Position numbers and translations under genes: made by a program. 33,462 bases of DNA from an uncultured bacterium (GTDB taxonomy: Bacteria; Schekmanbacteria; GWA2-38-11; J061), in the NCBI GenBank assembly GCA_964549305.1, contig CAZJVM010000028.1, positions 1-33,462 of the forward strand, in the 5' to 3' direction. Each line of letters begins with the position of its first letter. Position 1 is the stretch's first letter. A model generated the notes under the pieces. That model ran no database searches and was not told where the DNA came from. It saw nothing but the letters and a program-made list of their open reading frames with translations. This document shows positions 1-9,670 of this stretch, piece by piece.

Positions 1-1
1 C

Positions 2-1162
2 ATTATAGAGAAGAGAAACTTCATTCGCTCAAACGCCCTGAGCGATGCCCTCGGACTCAAAATTTATCTAAAACTCGAAAATGTTCAGAAGACCGGCTCT
101 TTTAAAATACGGGGCGCATACAACTATGTTTCAAAGCACGAAAGCGAAGTAAACGGTTGCGGGGTAGTAACGGCATCTGCGGGAAATCACGCTCAGGCAG
201 TTGCCTTTGCCGCGGGACAGTTTGGCATAGACTGCGATCTTTTTATGCCGAGAAACACTCCCCTCGTAAAAGTGCAGTCCTGCAAAAATCTCGGAGGCAA
301 TGTAATCCTCGGCGGAAAAAATTATGATGAAGCTTATGAATCCGCTAAAAAACATTCTGTCGAGTCGGGAAGAAAATTTCTAAATGCCTTTAACGATTAT
401 GATGTTATTGAAGGTCAGGGCACAATAGGGCTTGAAATTCTGGATGAGATTGAACAGGCAGACTACATCATAGTTCCCGTGGGAGGAGGAGGATTGATTT
501 CGGGAATTGCTTATGCTGTAAAGGAAAAAAAATCTTCCGTGAAGATAATCGGCGTCCAGGCAAGAGATGCCGCATCTGCCTATCATTCCCTGAGGGAGGG
601 AAAAATTGCCCATGTGCCTTCCCCCAAGACAATTGCCGATGGAATTGCCGTCAAGAAAATCGGAGACAAGACAATGCCCCTCATAGAAAAATATGTCGAT
701 GACATCGTTACCGTTGAAGAGGAAGATATCGCGGCAGGAGTGCTGATGTTTATGGAAAATGCCAAGATGATAGCCGAAGGCGCGGGCGCGGTGCCTCTTT
801 CTGCGATAATTTCCGAAAAGATTGCCAATATAGGAGGAAATGTGGTCCTCGTTGTAAGCGGTGGCAATATCGATGTAAACCTCATCGAAAGAATTATACA
901 GATGGGGCTTTTAAGAGGGGGGCGGCTTTTAAAATTTTATGTCGATGTGGATGATGTGCCCGGAATGCTTTCCGGAATTGCCGGAAGCATCGGCGACTGC
1001 GAAGGAAACATTCTTCGGATTTCACACGAAAGAACGGAATGGGGACTTCCCGTGAGTAAAACGAGAATCGAGATTACCGTTGAAACAAAGGGATACGACC
1101 ATATCGACCAAATTATCGAATGCGTCAAGGAAAGCGGCTTCAGGCCAATGATTAGAAGCTGA
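2..1162 (+). CDS. ilvA: Threonine ammonia-lyase (threonine dehydratase) with C-terminal ACT domain; 5'-partial
   Basis: The frame of ORF 245..1162 is open back to base 2 and reads IYLKLENVQKTGSFKIRGAYN (PLP lysine motif) and SAGNHAQAV. It also has VPVGGGGLISG, VSGGNID and an ACT-like C-terminus (DVPGMLSGI). Confidence 0.92.
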   Translation: MIEKRNFIRSNALSDALGLKIYLKLENVQKTGSFKIRGAYNYVSKHESEVNGCGVVTASAGNHAQAVAFAAGQFGIDCDLFMPRNTPLVKVQSCKNLGGNVILGGKNYDEAYESAKKHSVESGRKFLNAFNDYDVIEGQGTIGLEILDEIEQADYIIVPVGGGGLISGIAYAVKEKKSSVKIIGVQARDAASAYHSLREGKIAHVPSPKTIADGIAVKKIGDKTMPLIEKYVDDIVTVEEEDIAAGVLMFMENAKMIAEGAGAVPLSAIISEKIANIGGNVVLVVSGGNIDVNLIERIIQMGLLRGGRLLKFYVDVDDVPGMLSGIAGSIGDCEGNILRISHERTEWGLPVSKTRIEITVETKGYDHIDQIIECVKESGFRPMIRS

Positions 1163-1171
1163 TTTTGTCAT

Positions 1172-2158
1172 TTATGCCTTCCAGCACCTCACGAAATGTC
1201 CATCGCTCTTTTCAATTAAATCAGGTTCGTTTTCGCGGCACATCTCTTCGGAAATGGGACAACGGGGGTTAAAACTGCAACCATCGGGTAAAGATGCGGG
1301 ATTGGGAACGTTTCCAGGTATTGTTTCAAGCTTTCGTCCTGCTCCTTCCTGCTCTCCGGAGCGGACTGATTTGAGAAGGCCTTTCGTGTAGGGATGCAGG
1401 GGATTATCGAAAATTGAAATCACATCTGCCGACTCAACGATTTTTCCGCCGTACATTACGGAAACTTTCCGGCAGGTTTCTGCCACGACTCCGAAGTCGT
1501 GGGTGATGAGCATCACGGACATTCCGTTTTCTCTCTGAAGTTTGTTGATTAGCTCAAGTATCTGCGCCTGAATGGTAACGTCGAGGGCAGTGGTGGGTTC
1601 GTCGGCGATTAAAAGAGAAGGACCGCAAATCAGAGCCATCGCGATGAGAACGCGCTGCCTCATTCCGCCGCTTAACTGATGGGGATACTCCTTCACTCTG
1701 ATCTCCGGCGAGGGCATCCCAACCTTTGACAGCATTTCAACGGTTCTTTCCATTGCCTCTTTTTTGCTCGTTTTTTTGTGCACTGTGAGTGCTTCGGCAA
1801 TCTGATTGCCTATGGTGAAAACCGGATTGAGGTAGGTCATTGGTTCCTGAAAGATTAAGGAAATATTGCGTCCGCGAATTTTTCTCATTTCGTTTTCGGG
1901 GACCGACAGAAGGTCTTTGCCGTCAAACTCGATTTTCCCACCGATGATTTTTCCCGGAGGTGAGGGTACAAGGCGCAGGATGGAAAATGCCGTTACGCTC
2001 TTGCCGCATCCCGACTCTCCAACGATGCCGTGAATTTCTCCCTTGCCGATGTTGAAAGTTACGCCGTCGACTGCCTTTATTGTATTTTCGTTTTTGTAAA
2101 AGTATGTTTTTAGATTTTCTACTTTCAAAAGAGCGTCATTCACTTTCGCTTGCTCCAT
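1172..2158 (-). CDS. Oligopeptide/dipeptide ABC transporter ATP-binding protein (OppD/DppD type)
   Basis: GESGCGKS, YPHQLSGGMRQR, LIADEPTTALD, HPYT and C-terminal GCSFNPRCP...C...VRC oligo_HPY domain. Confidence 0.93.
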   Translation of the reverse strand: MEQAKVNDALLKVENLKTYFYKNENTIKAVDGVTFNIGKGEIHGIVGESGCGKSVTAFSILRLVPSPPGKIIGGKIEFDGKDLLSVPENEMRKIRGRNISLIFQEPMTYLNPVFTIGNQIAEALTVHKKTSKKEAMERTVEMLSKVGMPSPEIRVKEYPHQLSGGMRQRVLIAMALICGPSLLIADEPTTALDVTIQAQILELINKLQRENGMSVMLITHDFGVVAETCRKVSVMYGGKIVESADVISIFDNPLHPYTKGLLKSVRSGEQEGAGRKLETIPGNVPNPASLPDGCSFNPRCPISEEMCRENEPDLIEKSDGHFVRCWKA

Positions 2159-2194
2159 TCTTTTAAAATATTAAATGCCGGACTCGATTTGTTA

Positions 2195-2222
2195 TTGTAT
2201 CGCTATGCGCTGTTATTATAAT
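2195..2222 (+). promoter_or_regulatory. Putative sigma70 promoter for the ABC-2 pair
   Basis: TTGTAT-N16-TATAAT in the divergent intergenic region. Confidence 0.4.
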
Positions 2223-2307
2223 ATAAATTTCTGAATTGTTTAACATTAAAAAGTTATTCTTTTTCAAGCCGCACAGATAATAAAGTCAGGGAGGGAAACT
2301 TTTAGCT

Positions 2308-3321
2308 TTGGAATACGCAGTCGAAACTCAGGATGTAGTAAAGGATTATCTCGAATTAAAAAAATATAAGGATTATTTTACTGCGCCCTTCAAAAGAAAA
2401 GTGGTGACAGCCCTTAAGGGAATTACCCTGAAGGTCGGAAAAGGAGAGCTCTTCGGGCTTCTCGGGCCTAACGGCGCGGGGAAAACTACGCTTCTGAAAA
2501 TTCTTTCCACAGTAGTGCTTCCCACATCGGGAAAAGCATTCGTTGCGGGTTTTGACGTTGAGAAGGATGAGATGCAGGTAAAGCGCGCTATTGGTTACGC
2601 GATGGGAGACGAAAGAAGCAGTTACTGGCGGCTTACGGGAAGGCAGAATCTGGAGTTTTTCGCGGTACTCAACAATCTCGACAGCAATGTTTCGAAGAAA
2701 AGGATTGATGAAGTCCTTCAACTCACGGGCCTGGCAAAGGATGCGGACAGGCATTTCAAGGATTATTCCACGGGTATGAAGCAGAAACTTGCCATTGCGC
2801 GAGGGTTGCTTACAGACCCTGCTGTCCTTTTTCTCGATGAACCTACGCGGAGTCTTGATCCCGGTGCGGCGAAACAGCTTAGAGAATTCGTCAAAGAGGA
2901 GATTGTGAAAAAAAGAAGAAAGACAGTTATTCTCGCCACACACAATCTTTCCGAAGCAGAAGCGCTTTGCGACAGAGTGGCAATAATCGACAGGGGAACG
3001 CTCAAGGCGTGCGGTACGGTAAATGAAATCAGAGATGTCATTTCTGAAAGAAAGAGATTCAGGGCGGAAATTGAAGGAGATTTTGAAAAGGCCATTCCTC
3101 TTATAAAGTCCGTGCGCAACATTAAAAATATCAGTTTTAAAGTGCCGGAAGAGGGAAGGGCTTTTTTTTGCGAATTCGATATTTACGATGAAAAAATTTC
3201 CGTAAGCGACGCTATAGGAGAAATAATCGAAAAGGGTTGTTCCGTTGTTTCATTTCAACGCTTGAATCAGAGTCTCGAAGAAATATTTTCCTCGGTAACG
3301 GAAGAAGGAGAGAAAGGTTGA
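2308..3321 (+). CDS. ABC-2 type exporter ATP-binding subunit
   Basis: GPNGAGKTT, YSTGMKQK, LFLDEPT, THNL; TTG start preceded by GGGAGGG. Confidence 0.9.
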   Translation: MEYAVETQDVVKDYLELKKYKDYFTAPFKRKVVTALKGITLKVGKGELFGLLGPNGAGKTTLLKILSTVVLPTSGKAFVAGFDVEKDEMQVKRAIGYAMGDERSSYWRLTGRQNLEFFAVLNNLDSNVSKKRIDEVLQLTGLAKDADRHFKDYSTGMKQKLAIARGLLTDPAVLFLDEPTRSLDPGAAKQLREFVKEEIVKKRRKTVILATHNLSEAEALCDRVAIIDRGTLKACGTVNEIRDVISERKRFRAEIEGDFEKAIPLIKSVRNIKNISFKVPEEGRAFFCEFDIYDEKISVSDAIGEIIEKGCSVVSFQRLNQSLEEIFSSVTEEGEKG

Positions 3322-4127
3322 TTATTTCAAAGCCCGTTGCATTCCTGAAAAAGGATTTGATAGAGCAGACGAGTTATAAGTTCAATTTTATAACTCAGTT
3401 CATAGGCATATTCCTTTCGACTCTCCTTTTCTATTTCGTTTCAAAGCTCGTAGGAAAAGCGGCATCACCCTATCTCCAACCCTACGGTGGAGATTATTTT
3501 GCCTTCGTGCTGATAGGAATTGCTTTTTCAAGCTATCTTTCCGTCGCCCTTTCGAGTTTTTCCTCGGCAATTCAGGGGGCGCAGGTGTCAGGCACACTCG
3601 AAGCGCTTCTTGTGACGCAGACAAGCATTCCCACTATCATTCTTTCATCATCCCTTTACAGTTTTTTATACACATCATTCAGGGTTGTCCTTTATCTGCT
3701 TTTAGGGGCGTTTATTTTCGGAGTGAATATGGAAACGGGAGGAATCCCGATTGCCATTCTGATACTTATGCTGACAATGGTCGCCTTTTCGAGTCTGGGG
3801 ATAATTTCCGCAAGCTTTATAATGGTGTTAAAAAGGGGAGACCCCTTTATGTGGCTTTTTACAAACGCGTCGTGGTTTCTCGGAGGTGTCTATTATCCCA
3901 TTGATGTCCTTCCGGACTGGCTGAAGAAATTTTCCTATTTACTGCCAATTACCTATGCAATGGAAGGAATGCGCCTCGCGCTTCTGAAAGGATATTCCCT
4001 TTTTCAGTTAAAATTTCACATTCTGGCGCTACTGCTTTTCTGTGTGATAATGCTGCCATTGAGCGTTCTCATATTCATCTACGCCGTCAAAAAAACAAAG
4101 AGAGACGGGAGTCTTACCCATTATTAG
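3318..4127 (+). CDS. ABC-2 type exporter permease
   Basis: About 6 hydrophobic segments, GTLEALL, GVYYPIDVLPDWL, LPITY. Likely TTG start at 3318 overlapping the upstream TGA (TTGA), with AGGAG upstream. Confidence 0.88.
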   Translation: MIISKPVAFLKKDLIEQTSYKFNFITQFIGIFLSTLLFYFVSKLVGKAASPYLQPYGGDYFAFVLIGIAFSSYLSVALSSFSSAIQGAQVSGTLEALLVTQTSIPTIILSSSLYSFLYTSFRVVLYLLLGAFIFGVNMETGGIPIAILILMLTMVAFSSLGIISASFIMVLKRGDPFMWLFTNASWFLGGVYYPIDVLPDWLKKFSYLLPITYAMEGMRLALLKGYSLFQLKFHILALLLFCVIMLPLSVLIFIYAVKKTKRDGSLTHY

Positions 4128-4246
4128 ACGGCGAAGCTTTTTACATTTTCTCGAAAATTTACCTTTTATACAATTTTTTTTACAAAAAAATCATTTATCT
4201 GAAACAATTATTTCCTACATACTTATGATGAATGATGAAAATCTAT

Positions 4247-4275
4247 TTGACATAGCAATTATATATTACTATATT
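4247..4275 (+). promoter_or_regulatory. Putative sigma70 promoter for the CydDC-like pair
   Basis: TTGACA-N17-TATATT. Confidence 0.55.
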
Positions 4276-4306
4276 TGAACAGATATTCATATGAGATGCG
4301 TTCTCA
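4276..4306. promoter_or_regulatory. Two adjacent imperfect palindromes, candidate repressor sites (the second is Fur-box-like)
   Basis: TGAAC-AGAT-ATTCA (4276-4289) and TGAGA-TGCGT-TCTCA (4292-4306), directly downstream of the -10 element. Confidence 0.4.
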
Positions 4307-4366
4307 ATATGATTTCTCTTTGTAATTTAATTTTGAAAATAAACTCTTAAATCTGAGGTAAAAGGA

Positions 4367-6130
4367 ATGGAAAAGAAATTCACTATTTTTTCATTCGGCA
4401 AGGCATCGAAAGGATGGACTGCTCTATCCGTTATTGCAAATCTCATTATAATTGCAATAACGGTTGTGCTATTTGACCGAATCGGCTTCATCATCGATAA
4501 GATTGCCGACGGCAGCATCAAGTCTTTCGGTGATGAAATTCTCATCTCTGCCGTTTCTGTAATGGCTGTTGCCCTTGCGGGAAAATTTATTTTTTCATGG
4601 GTTGCGAACAAAGCGGTTTATACCATTTCATCAAAGGTAAAGGTTGGCGCGAGGGAAAAAATGTATTCCCGCATCCTCGAACTTGAGCTCGGGTACAGAG
4701 ATGTGAAAAAAACCGGAAGTCTCACCTCAACGGCAGTTGAAGGTGTCGAGCAGCTTGAAAACATTTTCGGACTCTGCATCCCTCAGGCATTTTTAAGTTT
4801 GCTCGCTCCCGTTGGACTTTACTTTTATGTGAGGAATATTAACTCATCGATAGCCCTGACACTGCTTCTCCTTGTGGTATTTATTCCCGTCAGTTTAATT
4901 TTTGTGCGTGCCTGGATAAACAGAGTTTCAAAGAAACACTGGTTTTCTTACGAGAATCTTCACGCCTATTATCTTGACTCGCTTCAGGGAATTACCACAC
5001 TAAAGACATTCGGGCTTGTGGGAAAAAGAAAAGAAGAAATCGGCACGAAGAGTGAAAACTTCCGAATCAGGACAATGAAGCTTCTTTATTCAAACATTAC
5101 ATCCACTCTTTCTATGGATATTGTTTCAATGTGCGGTACTGCTGTAGGCATTATGCTTGCTGTAAATTATATGGCGAAGGGCGTCCTCACAATAGGAAGT
5201 GCCGCGATTATTGTTTTAATCGCTTATGAATTTTTCAGACCTCTTAGAATACTTGGCGCGTACACCCATGTAGCGATGCAGGGTATATCCTCTTCCAAGT
5301 CCATTCTCGAACTTTTAAATAAGGAACCTGACAGACACGCTGTGGCGCGAACCGGGAAAAAAGGGAAAATCGATAACGGTAATGTGGATATCGTATTTGA
5401 AGATGTGACATTCTCATATGCAGACGACAGGAATCCCGTTCTTAAAAACGCGAACTTTGAAATTAAAACAGGCGAGATTACGGCACTTGTAGGTGAAAGC
5501 GGAAGCGGAAAATCAACAGTAGCAAATCTCATTACAAGATTTTATGAAGCCTCGGCGGGAAGAATAACCGTAGGCGGACAACTGCTGAGCGATATCGACC
5601 CCTTAGAAATACGAAATCAAATTGCAATGGTTTCCCAGCGTACATATCTTTTTCACGGTTCAATAAGAGAAAACCTTGTGATAGCAAAACCGGATGCCAC
5701 AGATGATGAATTGTTTGAAGCTTGCAGACAGGCAGGCATATTGAAGTTCGTGAATTCCGTTCCCGGTAAACTCGACTCATCTTTGGTCGAGCAGGCAAAA
5801 AATCTCTCAAGCGGGCAGATACAGAGAATCTCCATTGCAAGGGCGCTTTTAAAAAATGCTCCCATTCTTATTCTCGATGAACCCACGTCCAATGTGGATT
5901 CAGAAAATGAAGAAAAAATACAGGCAACCCTTCAGGAGATAGCAAAAAGGAAAACAACGCTTGTCATCGCCCACAGATTGAGGACCGTTCGCGATGCCCA
6001 TAAGATAATGGCTCTTAAGGAAGGGAAAATCGTAGAGACAGGTACCCATAAAGAGCTTATCAAAAAGGACGGAGTTTACGCAAATCTTGTCCGTACGCAG
6101 AATAAATATGAACAACCGAGTGTGCATTGA
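4367..6130 (+). CDS. Fused permease/ATPase ABC half-transporter, CydD-like
   Basis: YLDSLQGITTLK and EFFRPLR (CydD-like TMD motifs), GESGSGKST, degenerate signature LSSGQ, ILILDEPT, IAHRL. Confidence 0.8.
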   Translation: MEKKFTIFSFGKASKGWTALSVIANLIIIAITVVLFDRIGFIIDKIADGSIKSFGDEILISAVSVMAVALAGKFIFSWVANKAVYTISSKVKVGAREKMYSRILELELGYRDVKKTGSLTSTAVEGVEQLENIFGLCIPQAFLSLLAPVGLYFYVRNINSSIALTLLLLVVFIPVSLIFVRAWINRVSKKHWFSYENLHAYYLDSLQGITTLKTFGLVGKRKEEIGTKSENFRIRTMKLLYSNITSTLSMDIVSMCGTAVGIMLAVNYMAKGVLTIGSAAIIVLIAYEFFRPLRILGAYTHVAMQGISSSKSILELLNKEPDRHAVARTGKKGKIDNGNVDIVFEDVTFSYADDRNPVLKNANFEIKTGEITALVGESGSGKSTVANLITRFYEASAGRITVGGQLLSDIDPLEIRNQIAMVSQRTYLFHGSIRENLVIAKPDATDDELFEACRQAGILKFVNSVPGKLDSSLVEQAKNLSSGQIQRISIARALLKNAPILILDEPTSNVDSENEEKIQATLQEIAKRKTTLVIAHRLRTVRDAHKIMALKEGKIVETGTHKELIKKDGVYANLVRTQNKYEQPSVH

Positions 6131-6174
6131 GTATCAGGGGAAAAATTTAATATAACTATAAGGAATGGCCTGTT

Positions 6175-7905
6175 ATGGAAGAGAAACATAAAGAGATGTC
6201 TAGAATAGGAATAATATGGCGGTTGTTAAAAATGATTAAACCGCTTACGGGAATGATGCTTTATGCAATATTCTTCGGTATAGTGAATCACCTGTCAAAT
6301 ATTGCCATAATTACCTGGGGCGCTTATCTTATTTCCTCTTTTCTGATTCCCGGTGCCGAGAAACCCGGAACTTTTTCAATTGCACTTCTTTTCGTTTTCG
6401 GGATTTCAAAATCGATAGGTTCGTATCTTGAACAACTCGGCAATCACGATGTGGCATTTAAGCTTCTGGCACATCTGAGAACGGAGTTTTACAAGCAGAT
6501 TGAACCCCTTGTGCCTGCAAAATTGATGGATAAGAGAAGCGGTGATATCATTTCGAGAATAGGCGGAGACCTTGAAATAATCGAAGTGTTTTTTGCCCAT
6601 ACCATATCGCCTTTTGCCATTGCCTTTGCGGTTTCGGTTGCCGTGCTCGGATTTATGGGTTTATGGTGGTGGGTGCTTCCACTGGTAATATTGCCTTTTC
6701 AGATTTTTCTCGCCTTGATTATACCCGTTGCCTGGGAGAGATATGTGAGAAAGACAGGTCAGACAATCAGGGCGACTTTGGGAGAAACTAACGCGTATCT
6801 TACCGATTCACTTCAGGGATTGGAAACTATTCTCCTGTTTAATCAGGGACAGAAACGGAAAAATGAAATAGTTGAAAGAGGGATGAATCTCAATAAATTG
6901 AAGGGCGGGCACGCATCGAAACAGGGATGGTTGTTTGGCATCGTGAACAGTTCGATTATGCTTGCAAATATTCTTATGTTCATTGTTGCCGTAAAGGGGT
7001 ATTTTTCCGGTTATCTTGACATACAGGGCGTTATAGTTGTCACAACCGCGTCAGTCAGCGCCTTCGTTCCTCTTTTTTCCGTTAGCGTTCTGTCGCATTA
7101 CCTGACCGAATCCTTCGCGTCTGCAGAAAGATTGTTCAAGATTATTGACGAAGAACCTGCCGTAGTGGATACTCCCGACAGCACATCGGAATTACCGGCA
7201 AAGTACGATGTCGAATTCAAAGATGTCGATTTTAGTTACAAAAATGATACCCCTCTCGTGCTTGACAAGTTTAATCTGAAAATTCCCCAGGGCGAATGTA
7301 TTGCCGTTGTAGGTGAAAGCGGGTGCGGTAAGAGTACTATGCTCAAGCTTCTTATGAGATTCTGGGAGTATAACGATGGTGAGATTAAAATCGGCGGCAA
7401 GGATATTCGTAAAATAAAACAGAAATCTGTTTTCGACATTATTTCTGTTGTAGCGCCGGATTCACATCTTTTCGATTTAAGCATTAAGGAAAATATCGCT
7501 CTCGGAAAACCCGATGCAGGCGATGAGGAAATCATCAATGCCGCAAAGCAGGCGAACATCCACGATTTTATAATGACTTTGCCTAATGGATATGAAACGC
7601 GAATCGGCGAATTGGGAGATAAATTGTCAGGTGGCGAAAGACAGAGAATAGTCATAAGCAGGGTGCTTCTCAAGAATCCGCCTATTATTCTCTTTGACGA
7701 GCCCACGTCAAACCTCGATTCTTATAATGAAAATGCCATTCAGGAAACTCTTAACGATATAAGCAGGGATAAGACGGTCATTATCGTTACCCACAGACTG
7801 TCCCTGCTTGCAAATGTTGACCGGGCATATCGTATGCAGGACGGAAAGCTAACTGAATTCAGCATAGAGAATTTTGTGAACAATACTTCAACTCTGCCCG
7901 CGTAA
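6175..7905 (+). CDS. Fused permease/ATPase ABC half-transporter, CydC-like
   Basis: YLEQLGNHDVAFKLLAHLR and RSGDIISR (CydC-like), GESGCGKST, LSGGERQR, FDEPT. Confidence 0.8.
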   Translation: MEEKHKEMSRIGIIWRLLKMIKPLTGMMLYAIFFGIVNHLSNIAIITWGAYLISSFLIPGAEKPGTFSIALLFVFGISKSIGSYLEQLGNHDVAFKLLAHLRTEFYKQIEPLVPAKLMDKRSGDIISRIGGDLEIIEVFFAHTISPFAIAFAVSVAVLGFMGLWWWVLPLVILPFQIFLALIIPVAWERYVRKTGQTIRATLGETNAYLTDSLQGLETILLFNQGQKRKNEIVERGMNLNKLKGGHASKQGWLFGIVNSSIMLANILMFIVAVKGYFSGYLDIQGVIVVTTASVSAFVPLFSVSVLSHYLTESFASAERLFKIIDEEPAVVDTPDSTSELPAKYDVEFKDVDFSYKNDTPLVLDKFNLKIPQGECIAVVGESGCGKSTMLKLLMRFWEYNDGEIKIGGKDIRKIKQKSVFDIISVVAPDSHLFDLSIKENIALGKPDAGDEEIINAAKQANIHDFIMTLPNGYETRIGELGDKLSGGERQRIVISRVLLKNPPIILFDEPTSNLDSYNENAIQETLNDISRDKTVIIVTHRLSLLANVDRAYRMQDGKLTEFSIENFVNNTSTLPA

Positions 7906-7928
7906 GTAAGGAAGTTTCAGAAAGAGAT

Positions 7929-9161
7929 TTATTCGTTTTTGAACGCCTGACTTGCTGCCTTTATGCCTTTTGAGAGAACATTTTTGAATCTCACCATATA
8001 GTAGAATGGAAGAAGGGCTTTATTTTCGATTCCGTAATAGGAAACCATATATCTGCTGTCAGGAAATATGTCTCCCGCCAAAATACGCATTTTTTTGGTA
8101 AATCCCTTTATTTCTCTGAGGTCGGTTAAGTAATCCTTGTCTTTGAACACTTTTCTGTACTTTATCTGCTCGGAAGGTTCGGGTATCACTTCTTCAAGAG
8201 TGAAGCATTTCGTATTACCTCCGATTGCTTTTTCAATTTCACCGGAAAGAGGTGTTTTTAATAATTGTGACGCGGTATTCAGAACTTCAAAAACCGATTT
8301 TTGCGCGCCGTACCTGACAACCGTTTCAAGAAAATATGCGGTGTCAAAATCGTCCATGCAGTTTTTCAGGATTAAATATATATCATACCACCATATGAGG
8401 CGCGAACGGGCTTTTTCAAAATGTCTTTCTCTGAGATGCAGGCAAAGGTAAATCAACATATCTTCGAAAGACATTACATATGCGCCGATATTACCCAAAT
8501 CCGCGTATTTCGCTCTTTCCCATAAACCCGTTGTATCCATTTGAATCGCATCTGCTATGCCGGAATCGCAAACGATAAGGAGATTCCAGTGAACATCAAA
8601 AAAGAACCGGTTCTGCATGTCAAAGAAATGAAGTTCGCTTTCATATTTTTCGAATGGTTTATGGCGCTCATTTGCGATTATTTGGTGCATCTTAGAGGGG
8701 AATATCTTTTCCCGCATATTATATCCCCATTTTCTGAATGCGGCTTTTGCAGTGGGAAAATCAAAGCGTTTTACAAGAAGGTCAATATCTTCGATGGGAC
8801 GAAGCGCGATGTTTTTATAGAGAGTTTCTCCGAGTGCCGCTCCTTTAAGGACTATGGTGTCAACTCCCGAATCGTTGAGGGAGATAAGCATCTTTTTCAT
8901 TTCGGCAAAGAAGCGGGTATTTTTCCCGGCAATCGCATAATAGAAGGATTCGATTTCGGAACGGAAAGAATCAGGTAAAAAATCATAACCGGAATTTTCC
9001 ACATTCTTGTGTATGAGGGATGCGACTCCGTGATAGATGACAAGGTCCGCGAGATTTTCCCAGTCAACTTCAACATTGTTATTTTTGCGCTCCTCTACGA
9101 TCTCTCTGCATATATCTTCTTTTCCGAGCGTGAGGTTTAAAATAAGATTTCCGTTATCCAT
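7929..9161 (-). CDS. Uncharacterised nucleotidyltransferase family protein (NTP_transf_5-like)
   Basis: IVLKGAAL...Y...LRPIEDIDLLV, DVHW, LIYLCLH and RLIWWYDI motifs. Confidence 0.85.
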   Translation of the reverse strand: MDNGNLILNLTLGKEDICREIVEERKNNNVEVDWENLADLVIYHGVASLIHKNVENSGYDFLPDSFRSEIESFYYAIAGKNTRFFAEMKKMLISLNDSGVDTIVLKGAALGETLYKNIALRPIEDIDLLVKRFDFPTAKAAFRKWGYNMREKIFPSKMHQIIANERHKPFEKYESELHFFDMQNRFFFDVHWNLLIVCDSGIADAIQMDTTGLWERAKYADLGNIGAYVMSFEDMLIYLCLHLRERHFEKARSRLIWWYDIYLILKNCMDDFDTAYFLETVVRYGAQKSVFEVLNTASQLLKTPLSGEIEKAIGGNTKCFTLEEVIPEPSEQIKYRKVFKDKDYLTDLREIKGFTKKMRILAGDIFPDSRYMVSYYGIENKALLPFYYMVRFKNVLSKGIKAASQAFKNE

Positions 9162-9166
9162 ATTCT

Positions 9167-9670
9167 TTATTTTTTCAGTATAGCCATTCCTATCCTTTTT
9201 GCCTTTTTTCCTATGGGGTAAAGAATGACAGAATAGGGCGAAAGTTTTGAAAGCATATAATTCTTAAATTTCGTTTTCCGCGAATCTGATGATATCTCTT
9301 TTCCGTTTCGTTCAATCGATATGATTTTTCCTAAAATCTTTGATGATGATATTGCCTTGTCATAGTTGTCGCAGGCATCTCCCTTTGTTAAAAAAGAAAG
9401 AGAGCCGCTTTTTCCCTTTTGTATTTTAATTATTCTGTGCGCTATCAGTTTTTCGTTATCAGATGAGAAAAAAACGATGTCGCCGGGATTTAATTTTTCG
9501 GGTGAAACGCTTTTTATCTTAATAATGTCGCAGTCTTTAATGAAAGGATGCATACTTCCGCCGCGAGCTTCAAATCTGAGAATATGGTTTTTTTTGAGTA
9601 TTTCAGTGGAAAGTTCCTTGAATATGAGACTTTCCTGCTCATCGGATTTATTTCCTGTTTGTCCTGACAT
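9167..9670 (-). CDS. S24/S26 family peptidase (signal peptidase I-like, Ser-His type)
   Basis: GGSMHPFIKDCD, GDIVFF, IAHRII, TKGD. Confidence 0.85.
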   Translation of the reverse strand: MSGQTGNKSDEQESLIFKELSTEILKKNHILRFEARGGSMHPFIKDCDIIKIKSVSPEKLNPGDIVFFSSDNEKLIAHRIIKIQKGKSGSLSFLTKGDACDNYDKAISSSKILGKIISIERNGKEISSDSRKTKFKNYMLSKLSPYSVILYPIGKKAKRIGMAILKK

